Shown: positions 18,851 to 28,977 of the stretch, in pieces
How positions within the stretch are numbered: the first letter of the stretch is position 1
How the letters are laid out: every line of letters begins with the position of its first letter
Assembly (NCBI GenBank): GCA_965205025.1
Contig: CBDBFU010000031.1
Span: forward strand, 1 to 64,000
Length of the DNA: 64,000 nucleotides
Direction: 5' to 3'
Origin: Candidatus Poribacteria bacterium
GTDB lineage: Bacteria; Poribacteria; WGA-4E; WGA-3G
Notes under the pieces: model-generated
What the model saw: the letters and a program-made list of their open reading frames with translations, nothing else
Told to the model about the DNA's origin: nothing
Databases searched by the model: none
Translations under genes and position numbers: made by a program

Positions 18851-19573
18851 ATGAAATCAGAAAATAATAGAACACCTAAACCAGAAACACTTGATATCCG
18901 TGAAATTGGCACTCCTATTGATGGTGAACCACAATATAGTGATCGTCGTTTGTATTTCCAACTACACGTCTTTGATAATGACATTGACTCAATTAACGAA
19001 AATCTAAACAAGAGTAGTTTGAATTCTGTTCTATACGAGGATCTTAATAATCCTACAGGAATTGGAATTCTATTAATGGCTGAAAATCCATCTGACCTTT
19101 TAACTGAATCAACAAATTTAATTCATCTTTCAGACAAATTGTCTTACCGGTCAGATATGACAATGTTAGGTAGAACATATTCAAGTGGCAGAGAGCCTAA
19201 TTTAGAAGAATGGTTAATTACCAAACCAATGTCTAATGCACTCAATCCTGATTTAACTTGGGCAATATGGTATCCACTGAGAAGAAAACCTGAGTTTTAT
19301 CAACTTGATCCACGAGAACGTGGACGCATATTAGGTGAGCATGCTATGTTAGGCAGAAGTTATGCAGAGGGTGGATATGCCAGAGACATAAGATTATCAT
19401 GTTTTGGATTAAATACCAATGATAACGAATTTGTCATAGGATTAGTAGGGTCCGAATTATACCCTTTATCTCGATTGATACAAGATATGAGAAAAACTGA
19501 GCAGACTACGAAATATATTGATTCTCTCGGTCCCTTCTTTATAGGTAAAGTGCGGAAGCAGTTTACCAAATAA
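18851..19573 (+). CDS. Chlorite dismutase / coproheme decarboxylase (HemQ/ChdC) family protein
   Basis: WYPLRRKPEFYQL...ER..IL.EH...GR.Y, D.EFVIGL, QT..Y....GPFFIG. Confidence 0.85.
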   Translation: MKSENNRTPKPETLDIREIGTPIDGEPQYSDRRLYFQLHVFDNDIDSINENLNKSSLNSVLYEDLNNPTGIGILLMAENPSDLLTESTNLIHLSDKLSYRSDMTMLGRTYSSGREPNLEEWLITKPMSNALNPDLTWAIWYPLRRKPEFYQLDPRERGRILGEHAMLGRSYAEGGYARDIRLSCFGLNTNDNEFVIGLVGSELYPLSRLIQDMRKTEQTTKYIDSLGPFFIGKVRKQFTK

Positions 19574-19586
19574 CCCAATAATAAAC

Positions 19587-20312
19587 ATGAAGAACATATT
19601 AGCAGTATGTACAAAAGAACTATATACATACTTTGTATCTCCAATTGCATATTTCGTCTGTTTTGTATTTACAGCATTATCTGGATTTCTTTTCTCAGTG
19701 ATACTTATCTTGACAAGTGAAAAAAGTGGTTTAAGTTCAATTGTAATGCAGACACTTTTTTCACAAATGGCATTTATTCTCCTCTTTTTTACTCCTGTTC
19801 TAACAATGAAACTATTTGCAGAAGAACGAAAATCCGGTACAATTGAACTCCTTCTTACTTCACCAATCTCAGATAGTCATGTTGTTCTTGGCAAATACTT
19901 TGCATGTATGGTGTTACTTTTGGTAATGCTTACCCTAACTCTCCTCTACCCAATTCTAATACTCTTTTTTGGTATCTTAGACATAGGACTAATTATTAGT
20001 GGTTATCTTGGATTGATTCTCATCAGTTCATGCTTTATTTCACTGGGATTATTTATGTCCTCTATGAGTCGAAACCAGATAGTTGCAGCATTATCAAGTT
20101 TTGGTTTTATACTCATATTATGGATTATAGGAATTCTCTCCAACCGCGCAGGTTCAATTGCTAAGGTTCTGAGTTATTTATCATTTCATGTACATTACAC
20201 TGAATTTTCTCGGGGAATAATAGTCTTAAAGGATGTAGTATTCTATCTAAGTTTTACCAGTGTGTGTTTATTTGCTACTGTTAAGTCAATTGAATCCTCT
20301 AAGTGGAGATAA
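19587..20312 (+). CDS. ABC-2 type permease (GldF-like)
   Basis: KELYTYFVSPIAY, LTMKLFAEERKSGTIELLLTSP, VVLGKY. Confidence 0.9.
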   Translation: MKNILAVCTKELYTYFVSPIAYFVCFVFTALSGFLFSVILILTSEKSGLSSIVMQTLFSQMAFILLFFTPVLTMKLFAEERKSGTIELLLTSPISDSHVVLGKYFACMVLLLVMLTLTLLYPILILFFGILDIGLIISGYLGLILISSCFISLGLFMSSMSRNQIVAALSSFGFILILWIIGILSNRAGSIAKVLSYLSFHVHYTEFSRGIIVLKDVVFYLSFTSVCLFATVKSIESSKWR

Positions 20313-20314
20313 CA

Positions 20315-21922
20315 ATGAAAGGCAGAGACTTATTGGGTTCATTTTTTGGCTTCATTGCCTTAATCTGTAGTTTTGTAGCAATTGCATCTATATTTCTAAA
20401 AGCATGGCTGCCATTTGGTATATTTCTGTTTATATCCATCATCACATTTGGTATATTCATAAAATTCCGTTCCATTGAATTAAAAAACCTAATTAAAAGC
20501 AGACAATTTCGTTATGGTCTAAATGTAGCTGTTAGTATAATCGGTATAATTGGAATAGCGGTATTCATCAATATCATTGTTTCTCAAAAGATAGACAGAA
20601 GTATAGATATTACAAAGTTTAAACATTATTCAATATCAGAACAATCAAAGCAAATTCTCAGAAACCTTGATAAAAAAATTAATGTTATAGCTTTCTTTAA
20701 AGACACAAATCCTGAAAAATCATTAGTTCAAGAACAATTAGAAGCATATCAACGTGAAAATAAACTCATAAATGTAGTTTTTAAGAATCCAGAATTACAG
20801 ATTGATTTAAAAGAAAAATATGATATTCGTATTGATGGTACAACAGTCTTTGATTCAGGCGATAGATTCGAAAGGGTTACAATTGTAAATGAGCAAGCAT
20901 TTACAACTGCTATACTAAAATTGATACAAGGTATTACACAGAAAGTATATTTTTTGACTGGTCATGGTGAACATGGGATTGATGGTTCTTCTAATTTTAG
21001 GTATAGTCAGGTTAAAACTGAACTTGAAAAAGTCAATTATACTGTACACCAATTAACTCTTCTAAAAGAAACCAAAGTTCCAGATGACTGTGATGTATTG
21101 ATAATTGCCGGACCAAAGAAACCAATAAAAAAACAAGAAATAAGAATGATAGACCGCTATCTTAAAAACAATGGTAAATTACTATTATTACTTGATCCAT
21201 CATTGAATTCAGTTGAGGATATACAGAGTGAGTTAGTATCATTAATGCAAAAATGGGGTGTGAAAATCGGGAATGATTTTGTTATCGACAGACAACATTT
21301 CTATGTTTTCTCTCAAGGGGCAATCGGATTAAATTTAAACTTTATCTATCATGAGATCACACAGCATTATGTGAATGAGACAATTCCATTTATCTATTGT
21401 AGATCAGTCTCCCCTTATCAGGACAACCAGGATAAATTAAATGTAAAGACCATCTTGGAAACAAAAAGCTCTGTTGGTATTAGTTGGGCGGAGACAGAAC
21501 GTGATGCAGATGGTACATTTAGTTTAAACGGATATACACCCAATACTGATATACCTGGTCCAGTATCAGTAGGTGTTATTGTAGAAAAAAAGAAGGATAA
21601 AGTTAGATCTGATAGTAAAACAACACCAACTCGGATAGTGGTCATTGGTGATTCCGATTTTGCCACCGATGCCATATTTGCCACCGATAATCCAGATGTT
21701 CCAGCCTATGCTCCATTCATATCTTCTGTTATCAACTGGCTTTCTTATGATGAAGAACTCATATCTATTAATAAACCAAATCCTAAGAGTGAGATATTAC
21801 GGAAGATGAATATCAACCAGATGAGAGTCGTACAAGTCATTTCTGTATTTCTTTTGCCTATACTAATTTTTATTGCAGGATTAGTTGTTTGGTGGTATCG
21901 TCGGGAAGGAGGAACACAGTGA
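20315..21922 (+). CDS. GldG-family ABC transporter auxiliary component
   Basis: DIT...YSIS, KVYFLTGHGE, LIIAGPK, RIVVIGDSDF, C-terminal TM followed by WW.RR. Confidence 0.9.
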   Translation: MKGRDLLGSFFGFIALICSFVAIASIFLKAWLPFGIFLFISIITFGIFIKFRSIELKNLIKSRQFRYGLNVAVSIIGIIGIAVFINIIVSQKIDRSIDITKFKHYSISEQSKQILRNLDKKINVIAFFKDTNPEKSLVQEQLEAYQRENKLINVVFKNPELQIDLKEKYDIRIDGTTVFDSGDRFERVTIVNEQAFTTAILKLIQGITQKVYFLTGHGEHGIDGSSNFRYSQVKTELEKVNYTVHQLTLLKETKVPDDCDVLIIAGPKKPIKKQEIRMIDRYLKNNGKLLLLLDPSLNSVEDIQSELVSLMQKWGVKIGNDFVIDRQHFYVFSQGAIGLNLNFIYHEITQHYVNETIPFIYCRSVSPYQDNQDKLNVKTILETKSSVGISWAETERDADGTFSLNGYTPNTDIPGPVSVGVIVEKKKDKVRSDSKTTPTRIVVIGDSDFATDAIFATDNPDVPAYAPFISSVINWLSYDEELISINKPNPKSEILRKMNINQMRVVQVISVFLLPILIFIAGLVVWWYRREGGTQ

Positions 21923-23742
21923 GTTTCCGTTCAACCATAAGTATTATTTTTATATTGGTTGGTTTGGCAATAACATACTTCCTGTTTCTTCACAATTCTG
22001 AAGAATCCACTACTGAAAAATTTAAACCAAGGATTTCTGAAATCTATAATCTTTACACGAATGAAATACAAAGGATTGACATAAAATATCAGGATAGTGG
22101 ATTTCAAGATTTAACTATAATTAAAGATACATACTCAAATTGGAAGATCACATCACCCTTTATAACGAATGCTGACACAAGTAAAATAAATGAACTAATC
22201 TCAGATTTCGTAGAAAAACAGATTAAAGAAAAGCTTGAAGTTACAGACTATCAGAAATATGGTTTAGAAAAACCAACAATTCAGATAAAATTATGGACAA
22301 ATCAAGAAGGACAACCCAAGACTTTCTTCATTGGGAAAAAAGCAATCAATTACTCAGTATATACAAAGGAAACAACAGAAGATCATATTTTTTTAATCGA
22401 ATCAAGTGCACTCCAAGATTTGTCTAAATCTCCAATCGACATCCGAGATAGGTCTATCCTAAGTTATAATCCAAAAACCATCACACAAATACAATTTGAG
22501 AAACCTGAAGAGTTTACCTGTCAAAAGGTAGAAGGTATATGGAAAATAATCCATCCAATTAATATAAGTGCTGATAGTGAACAGATTGAATCCATTCTAA
22601 CCGAATTACATGATCTAAAAGTATCAACATTCGAAGTAGATGGGGACAAAGCTATCTCATTATTAGAAAATTATGGATTACTAAATCCGAAAATAAAACT
22701 GAAGATGAATCATGCTAACGGTAGTATTGATTTTGATATCGGTTCTAAAGTCAAAAATACTCATACACAAACTAATAATGAAGAAGGATTTGTTTACGTT
22801 CGATCATCAAATATAGGTGGAATATATACCGTAAGTGATAGAATCATTAGACTTGTCGATAAAACCATTCATGATATTCGGGATAAACGGGTGATGGATT
22901 TTCAACGGGAAGATACAATAAAGTTTGAAATAGAACAGGGACAGAAGAAAATAATTGCAATCAAACTTGATGAGTTATGGGAATTACATACTACTCAAAA
23001 AATCCATGCAGACCCTCAAGCCGTAAGTGATCTCCTATTTGGTGTAGATTCACTTAAAGCAGTATCCTTCATTTCTAAACCTGATAAACGACTATCTAAA
23101 TATGGACTCAATCCACCAAGAATGTCATTGAAATTCACAATTAAAGGTGAAGAGAAACCGGCAATTCTAAAAATTGGAAATCTTGCATCGGAAGACACTG
23201 TGTATGTCATGACAGAAATATCTGCTGAGATTGCAACAGTAAAACGTGGATTGATTGATAAATTATATGAAGCAGAAAATTGGTTATCAAATAAGCAAGT
23301 TTTTAGATTTAAAATAGATGAACCCATTCGAATATCAGTTAAATATGATGAAGATTCATTAGAATCTAATTCAAGATCATTCACTTGTCAACAGTATGAA
23401 GGAAACTGGAGATTGACATCACCCGTAAAAGAAGATGTGAATAATGCAGAAATAAAAGCGTTCCAATATAGACTGATTGATTTAAGAGTAGATGAGTATT
23501 TAAGTAAGGAAATTAAAAAACAATTAAGTTTTTCTGATAGTATTACAGGATTGAATAAACCGTATTTACAAATTACTGTTGAGTTACAGGAAGAATCATA
23601 TATACTACAAATTGGAAATCAAGATTCAAAAAAAAGATATTATGGTAGATTAAAAAATCAATCCGATCAAATATTTCTCATAAATTCAGAAGTCATATCT
23701 AATCTAATCATAGAACTTAATTGGATACGGATACAAGAATGA
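21919..23742 (+). CDS. DUF4340 repeat-containing protein
   Basis: Repeated W.I..P...AD / YGL..P / IRD.. units; GTG start overlapping the gldG-like stop. Confidence 0.85.
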   Translation: MSFRSTISIIFILVGLAITYFLFLHNSEESTTEKFKPRISEIYNLYTNEIQRIDIKYQDSGFQDLTIIKDTYSNWKITSPFITNADTSKINELISDFVEKQIKEKLEVTDYQKYGLEKPTIQIKLWTNQEGQPKTFFIGKKAINYSVYTKETTEDHIFLIESSALQDLSKSPIDIRDRSILSYNPKTITQIQFEKPEEFTCQKVEGIWKIIHPINISADSEQIESILTELHDLKVSTFEVDGDKAISLLENYGLLNPKIKLKMNHANGSIDFDIGSKVKNTHTQTNNEEGFVYVRSSNIGGIYTVSDRIIRLVDKTIHDIRDKRVMDFQREDTIKFEIEQGQKKIIAIKLDELWELHTTQKIHADPQAVSDLLFGVDSLKAVSFISKPDKRLSKYGLNPPRMSLKFTIKGEEKPAILKIGNLASEDTVYVMTEISAEIATVKRGLIDKLYEAENWLSNKQVFRFKIDEPIRISVKYDEDSLESNSRSFTCQQYEGNWRLTSPVKEDVNNAEIKAFQYRLIDLRVDEYLSKEIKKQLSFSDSITGLNKPYLQITVELQEESYILQIGNQDSKKRYYGRLKNQSDQIFLINSEVISNLIIELNWIRIQE

Positions 23743-23820
23743 TAAATTGAATTGTTATATCTTCGGTTTTCAAAGAAATGTATTCATCAACAGTTCAATG
23801 ATAATAAGAAAAAATAAATT

Positions 23821-25023
23821 GTGGAAAACTATATACTTGTTGTAGCTTATGCATTATTCCTTGTAGAGTTTCTGATGATATGTCAATCTTTCCTATATAC
23901 ACGCCGGGAAAGAAAGTCTAATAGACCGAAATACTCACCCAAAGTCGCTATCATTGCACCACATTATGGATGGGATAACGATACAGAAGGACATGTAAAA
24001 AGTCTTCTACATCAAGATTATGAAGGGGATCACCACATTTACTTCATAACCCATCAGATGAATGGAGATGGATACGATATATCGTACCCACATCTTCAAA
24101 GACTTGTAGATGATGTGAATAATGCTGATGTTTACTTAGCACCAAACATTATTGATAATAACTTACCAAGATCACAAAAGATCCAAAACCTTATCACGGT
24201 TATAGAAACATTACCTAAGGATGTTGAGGTAATAGCTTTTGTTGATGCGGATGTAGAGATTCAACAAAATTGGTTATCATTACTTGTCACGCCTCTACAA
24301 GATCCAAATATTGGTGTCACTGTAGGCGGGAGATTTTATTCACCTCTAAATTGGAATTTTGCTACTTTCGTTGAAGCAGTCTGGGTAAATTACCAATTAG
24401 GATTACAAGGAGACCATCGTTTTGCTATGGTCTGGGGTGGTTCAAATGCATTTCGGAAAGAGATACTACATCAAGGTGAAATACTTAAGAGATGGGATAA
24501 TGCCACAATTGAAGATTTAAATACAACAAAAGCTGTGAGAGACCTAAAATTGAAAATACATTTTGTTCCAGATTGTATCGCTGTTACCCGTACTCAAAAC
24601 AGAACATGGAAACAAGTCATCGAATTCACCAACAGACAAATGATAATGACTTGTCATATGGGTCTATTAGCGCAATGGCTTGGTATTCTAATCATGTTTT
24701 TCCCTAAAGGTCTATTGATATTCGGATCAATACCATTTATTTACTGGAGAAAATCTCTTCTACCGATCATTTTTATTCCGTTTTTTGAGATATTTGTTTA
24801 TCAACTTGTATGTCGAAATCTACCAAAATGGTTACGTGATAGACCTAATGTTAATGATATAATTCGGGTAAGTAAATATGTTGCACCCATCTCAATATTC
24901 CTTGCAGGAATCAATGCATTTTATGCAATATTTCAAAGAAAAATTGTGTGGGGAGGGGTACAATATAAAATCCTAACAGCAACAACCTGTAAGGTCATTG
25001 GTCGTATAAAAAAGGATAATTAA
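23821..25023 (+). CDS. GT2 glycosyltransferase (ceramide glucosyltransferase/HpnI-like)
   Basis: K..NL, FVDAD, WGGS.A, ED, RQ motifs, I.WGG..Y tail, flanking TMs. Confidence 0.8.
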   Translation: MENYILVVAYALFLVEFLMICQSFLYTRRERKSNRPKYSPKVAIIAPHYGWDNDTEGHVKSLLHQDYEGDHHIYFITHQMNGDGYDISYPHLQRLVDDVNNADVYLAPNIIDNNLPRSQKIQNLITVIETLPKDVEVIAFVDADVEIQQNWLSLLVTPLQDPNIGVTVGGRFYSPLNWNFATFVEAVWVNYQLGLQGDHRFAMVWGGSNAFRKEILHQGEILKRWDNATIEDLNTTKAVRDLKLKIHFVPDCIAVTRTQNRTWKQVIEFTNRQMIMTCHMGLLAQWLGILIMFFPKGLLIFGSIPFIYWRKSLLPIIFIPFFEIFVYQLVCRNLPKWLRDRPNVNDIIRVSKYVAPISIFLAGINAFYAIFQRKIVWGGVQYKILTATTCKVIGRIKKDN

Positions 25024-25130
25024 AAACTATAGTTAGTTTGGACTATTCTTCCTCATGAGGAAGTTGAGTTTCTAATGATAAGTCTTTTTTGCTAATTGAA
25101 CATATCAGTGAAATCCTACAAGAATACTAT

Positions 25131-25200
25131 ACTCCAGCGGAGTGCTATGTCTATAGAGAATATGATCGGTACATTCTCGCACTCCAGCGGAGTGCTATGT
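25131..25200 (+). repeat. REP-like doublet ACTCCAGCGGAGTGCTATGT, 50-bp period
   Basis: Two direct copies matching 14788-14858. Confidence 0.85.
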
Positions 25201-25301
25201 GTTATTCACTACATATCGTTCCGCGGGAGTAATGAGGGTTTCATTCTTGATTTTTTTAACATAGATATGATAGTATACAATAAGACCTTGAGGAGTTAAA
25301 T

Positions 25302-25712
25302 ATGAGTGAAGGAAAAGTTGTTAAATCAGATGCAGAATGGAAAGAACAGCTCTCTCCAGAAGAATATAAAATTACACGAAGAAAAGGCACAGAACGGGCA
25401 TTCAGTGGAGAGTATCACGATTGTAAAGAAACCGGTATTTATCAATGTATATGTTGTGGGAATCAACTGTTTACCTCAGACACTAAATACGATTCAGGAA
25501 CAGGATGGCCGAGTTTTTGGGAACCGGTTAATCATGACTCTATTGCAACAAAGAAAGATTTTAGTATTTTCTTCATGCCTCGGACGGAAGTATTATGTAG
25601 TAAATGCGATGCACACCTGGGTCATGTTTTTGATGATGGTCCTAAACCTACAGGTAAACGATATTGTCTAAATTCTGCTGCACTATCACTTGTAAGATCA
25701 GATGAAGAATAG
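25302..25712 (+). CDS. msrB: Peptide-methionine (R)-S-oxide reductase
   Basis: [40 protein letters not shown]. Confidence 0.97.
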   Translation: MSEGKVVKSDAEWKEQLSPEEYKITRRKGTERAFSGEYHDCKETGIYQCICCGNQLFTSDTKYDSGTGWPSFWEPVNHDSIATKKDFSIFFMPRTEVLCSKCDAHLGHVFDDGPKPTGKRYCLNSAALSLVRSDEE

Positions 25713-25783
25713 AATTTAAGATTTTCATTAGTAATAATTTCATTATATCAGCATTGAATAGGAAACAATAAGAAGGAGAATTA

Positions 25784-27004
25784 ATGGCGTTAAGAAGTAG
25801 AATCTCTTCAAGATTCCTTGTGAACCAACTTGCTACTGCATTCTCTGAGGATTGGAATACATCGCAAAAATTTATGCGATATCAGTTAGCTAAGGAAACA
25901 TTTAATTGGAGACATCCATTTGGTGCAAAACATGGTAAAGGGGATGCTGTTCAATTGGTAAGTCTTAGAATCACAGATATGTGCAATTTACGTTGCCACT
26001 CCTGTGGACAATGGGGAGATAACGGTTATCTTGTTGGAAAATCATTAAAGGAATTAAAACAACGAGAAGTTCCAGTTGAAGTATACAAGCAACTCGTTGA
26101 TCAAGTAGTTGAAGCCGGATGGTCACCTGTATGGTATATCTGGGGTGGTGAACCGATGCTTTATCCCGGTATCATTGAATTACTTCATTACATTAAAGAA
26201 AAGGGTATGCCTATTTCTCTGGTCAGTAATGCAACGAATATAGCAAGATGGGCAGACGATATCTTAGAAACATGTAAGATTATCTACATTAGTGTTGATG
26301 GTCCGAATGAAGAAGTACACAATACACAACGACCAGGGGTAAGTGAAAACTATGATAACTTCAAAGATGTAAAAGCAGCATTAGAAACACTCAGTGCAGA
26401 AAAAGACAATAGAAATCAAGCATTTCCATATATCATACCCCTCAGTTGTGTAACCATGTATAACATAGATGTTGTAGTTGACCTTTATAAATTCACAAGT
26501 GAGTATGCTGACGCACAGATATTTTATCTAACATGGTGGATTGATGCAGAATCTGCACAAGAACATACTGAAGATTTTGAAAGACGGTTTGGGTTTAAAC
26601 CTCAGACACATTATGGATGGATCGGAACATGGAAGGATTTTGATCATGGTGTTATATTAGATAGGTTTGAAGAAATGGAAAACTTATCTGAAGAACAGAA
26701 ACGATGTCCTCCTATAATGATGCCACGGTTGAATTCAAAAGGGGAAATTCAAAGATACTACACAGATCATCAACAAACCTTCGGATACAATCAATGTGTC
26801 AGTATTTTTATGACCATGGAAATTGATAGTAACGGTGATGTGAGTCTGTGTCGAGATTATCACGACTACATTATTGGTAATATTAAAGAGGATAAAGCAG
26901 TAGATATGTGGAATAATCAAAAAGCTACTGCTTTCCGTCAGTCTCTAAGTACAGATGGTCCAATGCCAGTATGTCGTCGTTGTTGTGGTTTAATGGGATA
27001 TTAA
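25784..27004 (+). CDS. Radical SAM protein with SPASM domain
   Basis: CNLRCHSC, GGEP, ISVDG, C-terminal C...GDVSLC..Y.IGNI...C.RCC. Confidence 0.9.
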   Translation: MALRSRISSRFLVNQLATAFSEDWNTSQKFMRYQLAKETFNWRHPFGAKHGKGDAVQLVSLRITDMCNLRCHSCGQWGDNGYLVGKSLKELKQREVPVEVYKQLVDQVVEAGWSPVWYIWGGEPMLYPGIIELLHYIKEKGMPISLVSNATNIARWADDILETCKIIYISVDGPNEEVHNTQRPGVSENYDNFKDVKAALETLSAEKDNRNQAFPYIIPLSCVTMYNIDVVVDLYKFTSEYADAQIFYLTWWIDAESAQEHTEDFERRFGFKPQTHYGWIGTWKDFDHGVILDRFEEMENLSEEQKRCPPIMMPRLNSKGEIQRYYTDHQQTFGYNQCVSIFMTMEIDSNGDVSLCRDYHDYIIGNIKEDKAVDMWNNQKATAFRQSLSTDGPMPVCRRCCGLMGY

Positions 27005-27052
27005 AATTGCACGATCAAATGGAAATATTTATATAAAACAGTAAGGAAAAAT

Positions 27053-27916
27053 ATGAAAATAGGTTTACGAATACCTGGAACAGCAAGACAATTACCCTTT
27101 GAAGACTTTTGTAAATGGTGTGCAGATAACGGTTTTGAAGCAGTGGATATAGGAGAAGCAACTCCTGAAGTCGTCAAAACTGCAAGGGATGCAGGGTTAG
27201 AAATTGGTACTGCAGATTTACCTGGAACGCGCGAACTACTCAGTACAAAAAAGTCTACACAGAAATCTGGTGCACAGAAAGCAAAAGCAGCTATTGATGC
27301 TGCAGCAGAAAATGATGTACATCTTATGTTTTGTGTTTTTGTTCCAGAAGATGCAAGTTTAGGACGTGGAGCAAACTATGATATTTGGAAGCAAACTGTT
27401 CCACCAATCGCTGAATATGCTGAATCTAAAGATATTACAATCGTTATTGAAGGTTGGCCAGGGGGTGCACCTTCATATCCTGCACTTGGATGTACACCGG
27501 AAATGTGGCGTGCAATGTTTGCAGATTGTCCCTCTACAGGTTTAGGACTCAATTATGACCCATCCCATCTTGTTAGAATAGGGATTGACCATATACGCGC
27601 ATTATACGAATTTGCATCGAAAGTAAAACATGTTCACGGAAAAGACACTGCATTTGATGAAGAAGCTATGTATTTACACGGTAATCTGGGACCCAGCTTT
27701 AAAGGGGCGCGAGGATTCGGTGAAGACTGGTGGCGATACACTATTCCTGGTGATGGTATTGTAGATTGGTTAAGGGTTGTTCAAATCCTTGAAGATGAAG
27801 GTTTTGATGGTATATTCAGTGTAGAATTGGAAGACTACCGATATTGGCAAACATGGGAATCAGAATCTGAAGGTCTAATTCGTTCACAAGAATTCCTTTC
27901 CTGTTTTGTTAGGTGA
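27053..27916 (+). CDS. Sugar phosphate isomerase/epimerase (xylose isomerase-like TIM barrel)
   Basis: LGLNYDPSHL, HVHGKD, PGDG.VDW, SVELED. Confidence 0.9.
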   Translation: MKIGLRIPGTARQLPFEDFCKWCADNGFEAVDIGEATPEVVKTARDAGLEIGTADLPGTRELLSTKKSTQKSGAQKAKAAIDAAAENDVHLMFCVFVPEDASLGRGANYDIWKQTVPPIAEYAESKDITIVIEGWPGGAPSYPALGCTPEMWRAMFADCPSTGLGLNYDPSHLVRIGIDHIRALYEFASKVKHVHGKDTAFDEEAMYLHGNLGPSFKGARGFGEDWWRYTIPGDGIVDWLRVVQILEDEGFDGIFSVELEDYRYWQTWESESEGLIRSQEFLSCFVR

Positions 27917-27947
27917 TATACATTGATACTATTTCCACTACTAATGC

Positions 27948-27980
27948 AAGCGAGGTATATATGCCTCGCTTTCTCTTTTT
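27948..27980 (+). terminator. Intrinsic terminator
   Basis: AAGCGAGG(tatatatg)CCTCGCTT hairpin followed by TCTCTTTTT, after the isomerase stop. Confidence 0.65.
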
Positions 27981-27991
27981 GGAGGTTATAA

Positions 27992-28399
27992 TTGGCAATA
28001 TATAGATTAGAGGGTAAAGAGACATCAGAATGTAAACTTATACATGCGAAGGAAACAAGCTTAGAATATGAGAGTCATATTGATGATTGGTTAGAAAATA
28101 GTCCATGGGCACTAATTCAGAATGAAACTATCTTATGGATTGATAGACAACCGAGTGCTAAAGATGAAGAAGGTACGATATATTCAGATCTATTGGGTGT
28201 TGATATCGATGGTAATCTTGTTATCGTAGAATTCAAACGTGGAAGAACACCAAGGGATGTTGTAGCTCAACTTCTTGAATATGCAGCTTGGGCACATGGA
28301 CTTTCTGATGAAGAAATTCATAAAATTGCTGAAAATTACTTTGATAAAAATGACATGTATCAAGGAAAAGGGTTAAATGATGTATTTTCAGAACTCTAA
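27992..28399 (+). pseudogene. NucS/DUF91-like PD-(D/E)xK endonuclease, probably truncated
   Basis: E..I..WL, DLLGVD..GNLVIVEFKRG...RDVVAQLLEYAAW; ends at 135 aa directly at a REP/MITE cluster. Confidence 0.7.
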
Positions 28400-28424
28400 T
28401 TGCTCCGTAGGCGGGGAATGCTAT

Positions 28425-28568
28425 ATGAAGATTAAGTTTTAAATTCGGTAATTCCCATTTTCCCAAACTTGGTAGGTTCGGTTTCCTAACCACGGGGAAT
28501 GCTAAATAGCATTCATACCGTTGATTCGAATTTCTAACACATTACCGAATTATTATTTTAATCTTCAT
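28425..28568. mobile_element. MITE D, second copy
   Basis: ATGAAGATTAAGTTTTAAATTCGGTAAT ... ATTACCGAATTATTATTTTAATCTTCAT; interrupts GGGGAATGCTA|TAGCATTC hairpin. Confidence 0.8.
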
Positions 28569-28625
28569 ATAGCATTCATACCGTTGATTCATTGGTGTCA
28601 ATTTAGACTATGGTTTATTGGTTTT

Positions 28626-28977
28626 GAGTCCCGTAGGGACGGAATGTCTATAGAAAACGGATGAATTAACTGAATGAGTCCCGTAGGGACGGAATGTCTA
28701 TATCAACATATAGGTGGAGTTTTCATGAGACGTATGACCTTCTATAAACATTTCGTAGACAGGTCTATTGAAGCACCCATATATCTTTAGAACGGATACA
28801 GTCCCGTCTATCTATAAACATTCCGTCCCTACGGGACTCATGAATATGAAGCAAGCATCTTTGCTATAAACATTCCGTCCCTATGGGACTCAAGAATGTG
28901 GTTTAAACATATCTTCTATAAATATTTCGTAGACAGGTCTATTGAAGCACCCATATATCTTTAGAACGGATACAGTT
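28626..28977. repeat. REP cluster GAGTCCCGTAGGGACGGAATGTCTATA (2 forward, 2 reverse, 2 interrupted copies)
   Basis: Forward at 28626 and 28676; reverse at 28812 and 28864; half copies at 28742 and 28916, each followed by the same ~50-bp insert. Confidence 0.85.

Noticed and set aside
25048-25063. Perfect palindrome CTTCCTCATGAGGAAG
   Set aside because: Single occurrence with no U-tract; cannot be assigned a role
28626-28900. Possible CRISPR array (repeats with unique spacers)
   Set aside because: Only two copies per orientation, arranged head-to-head, with ~20-bp spacers and a REP-like hairpin; no cas1/cas2
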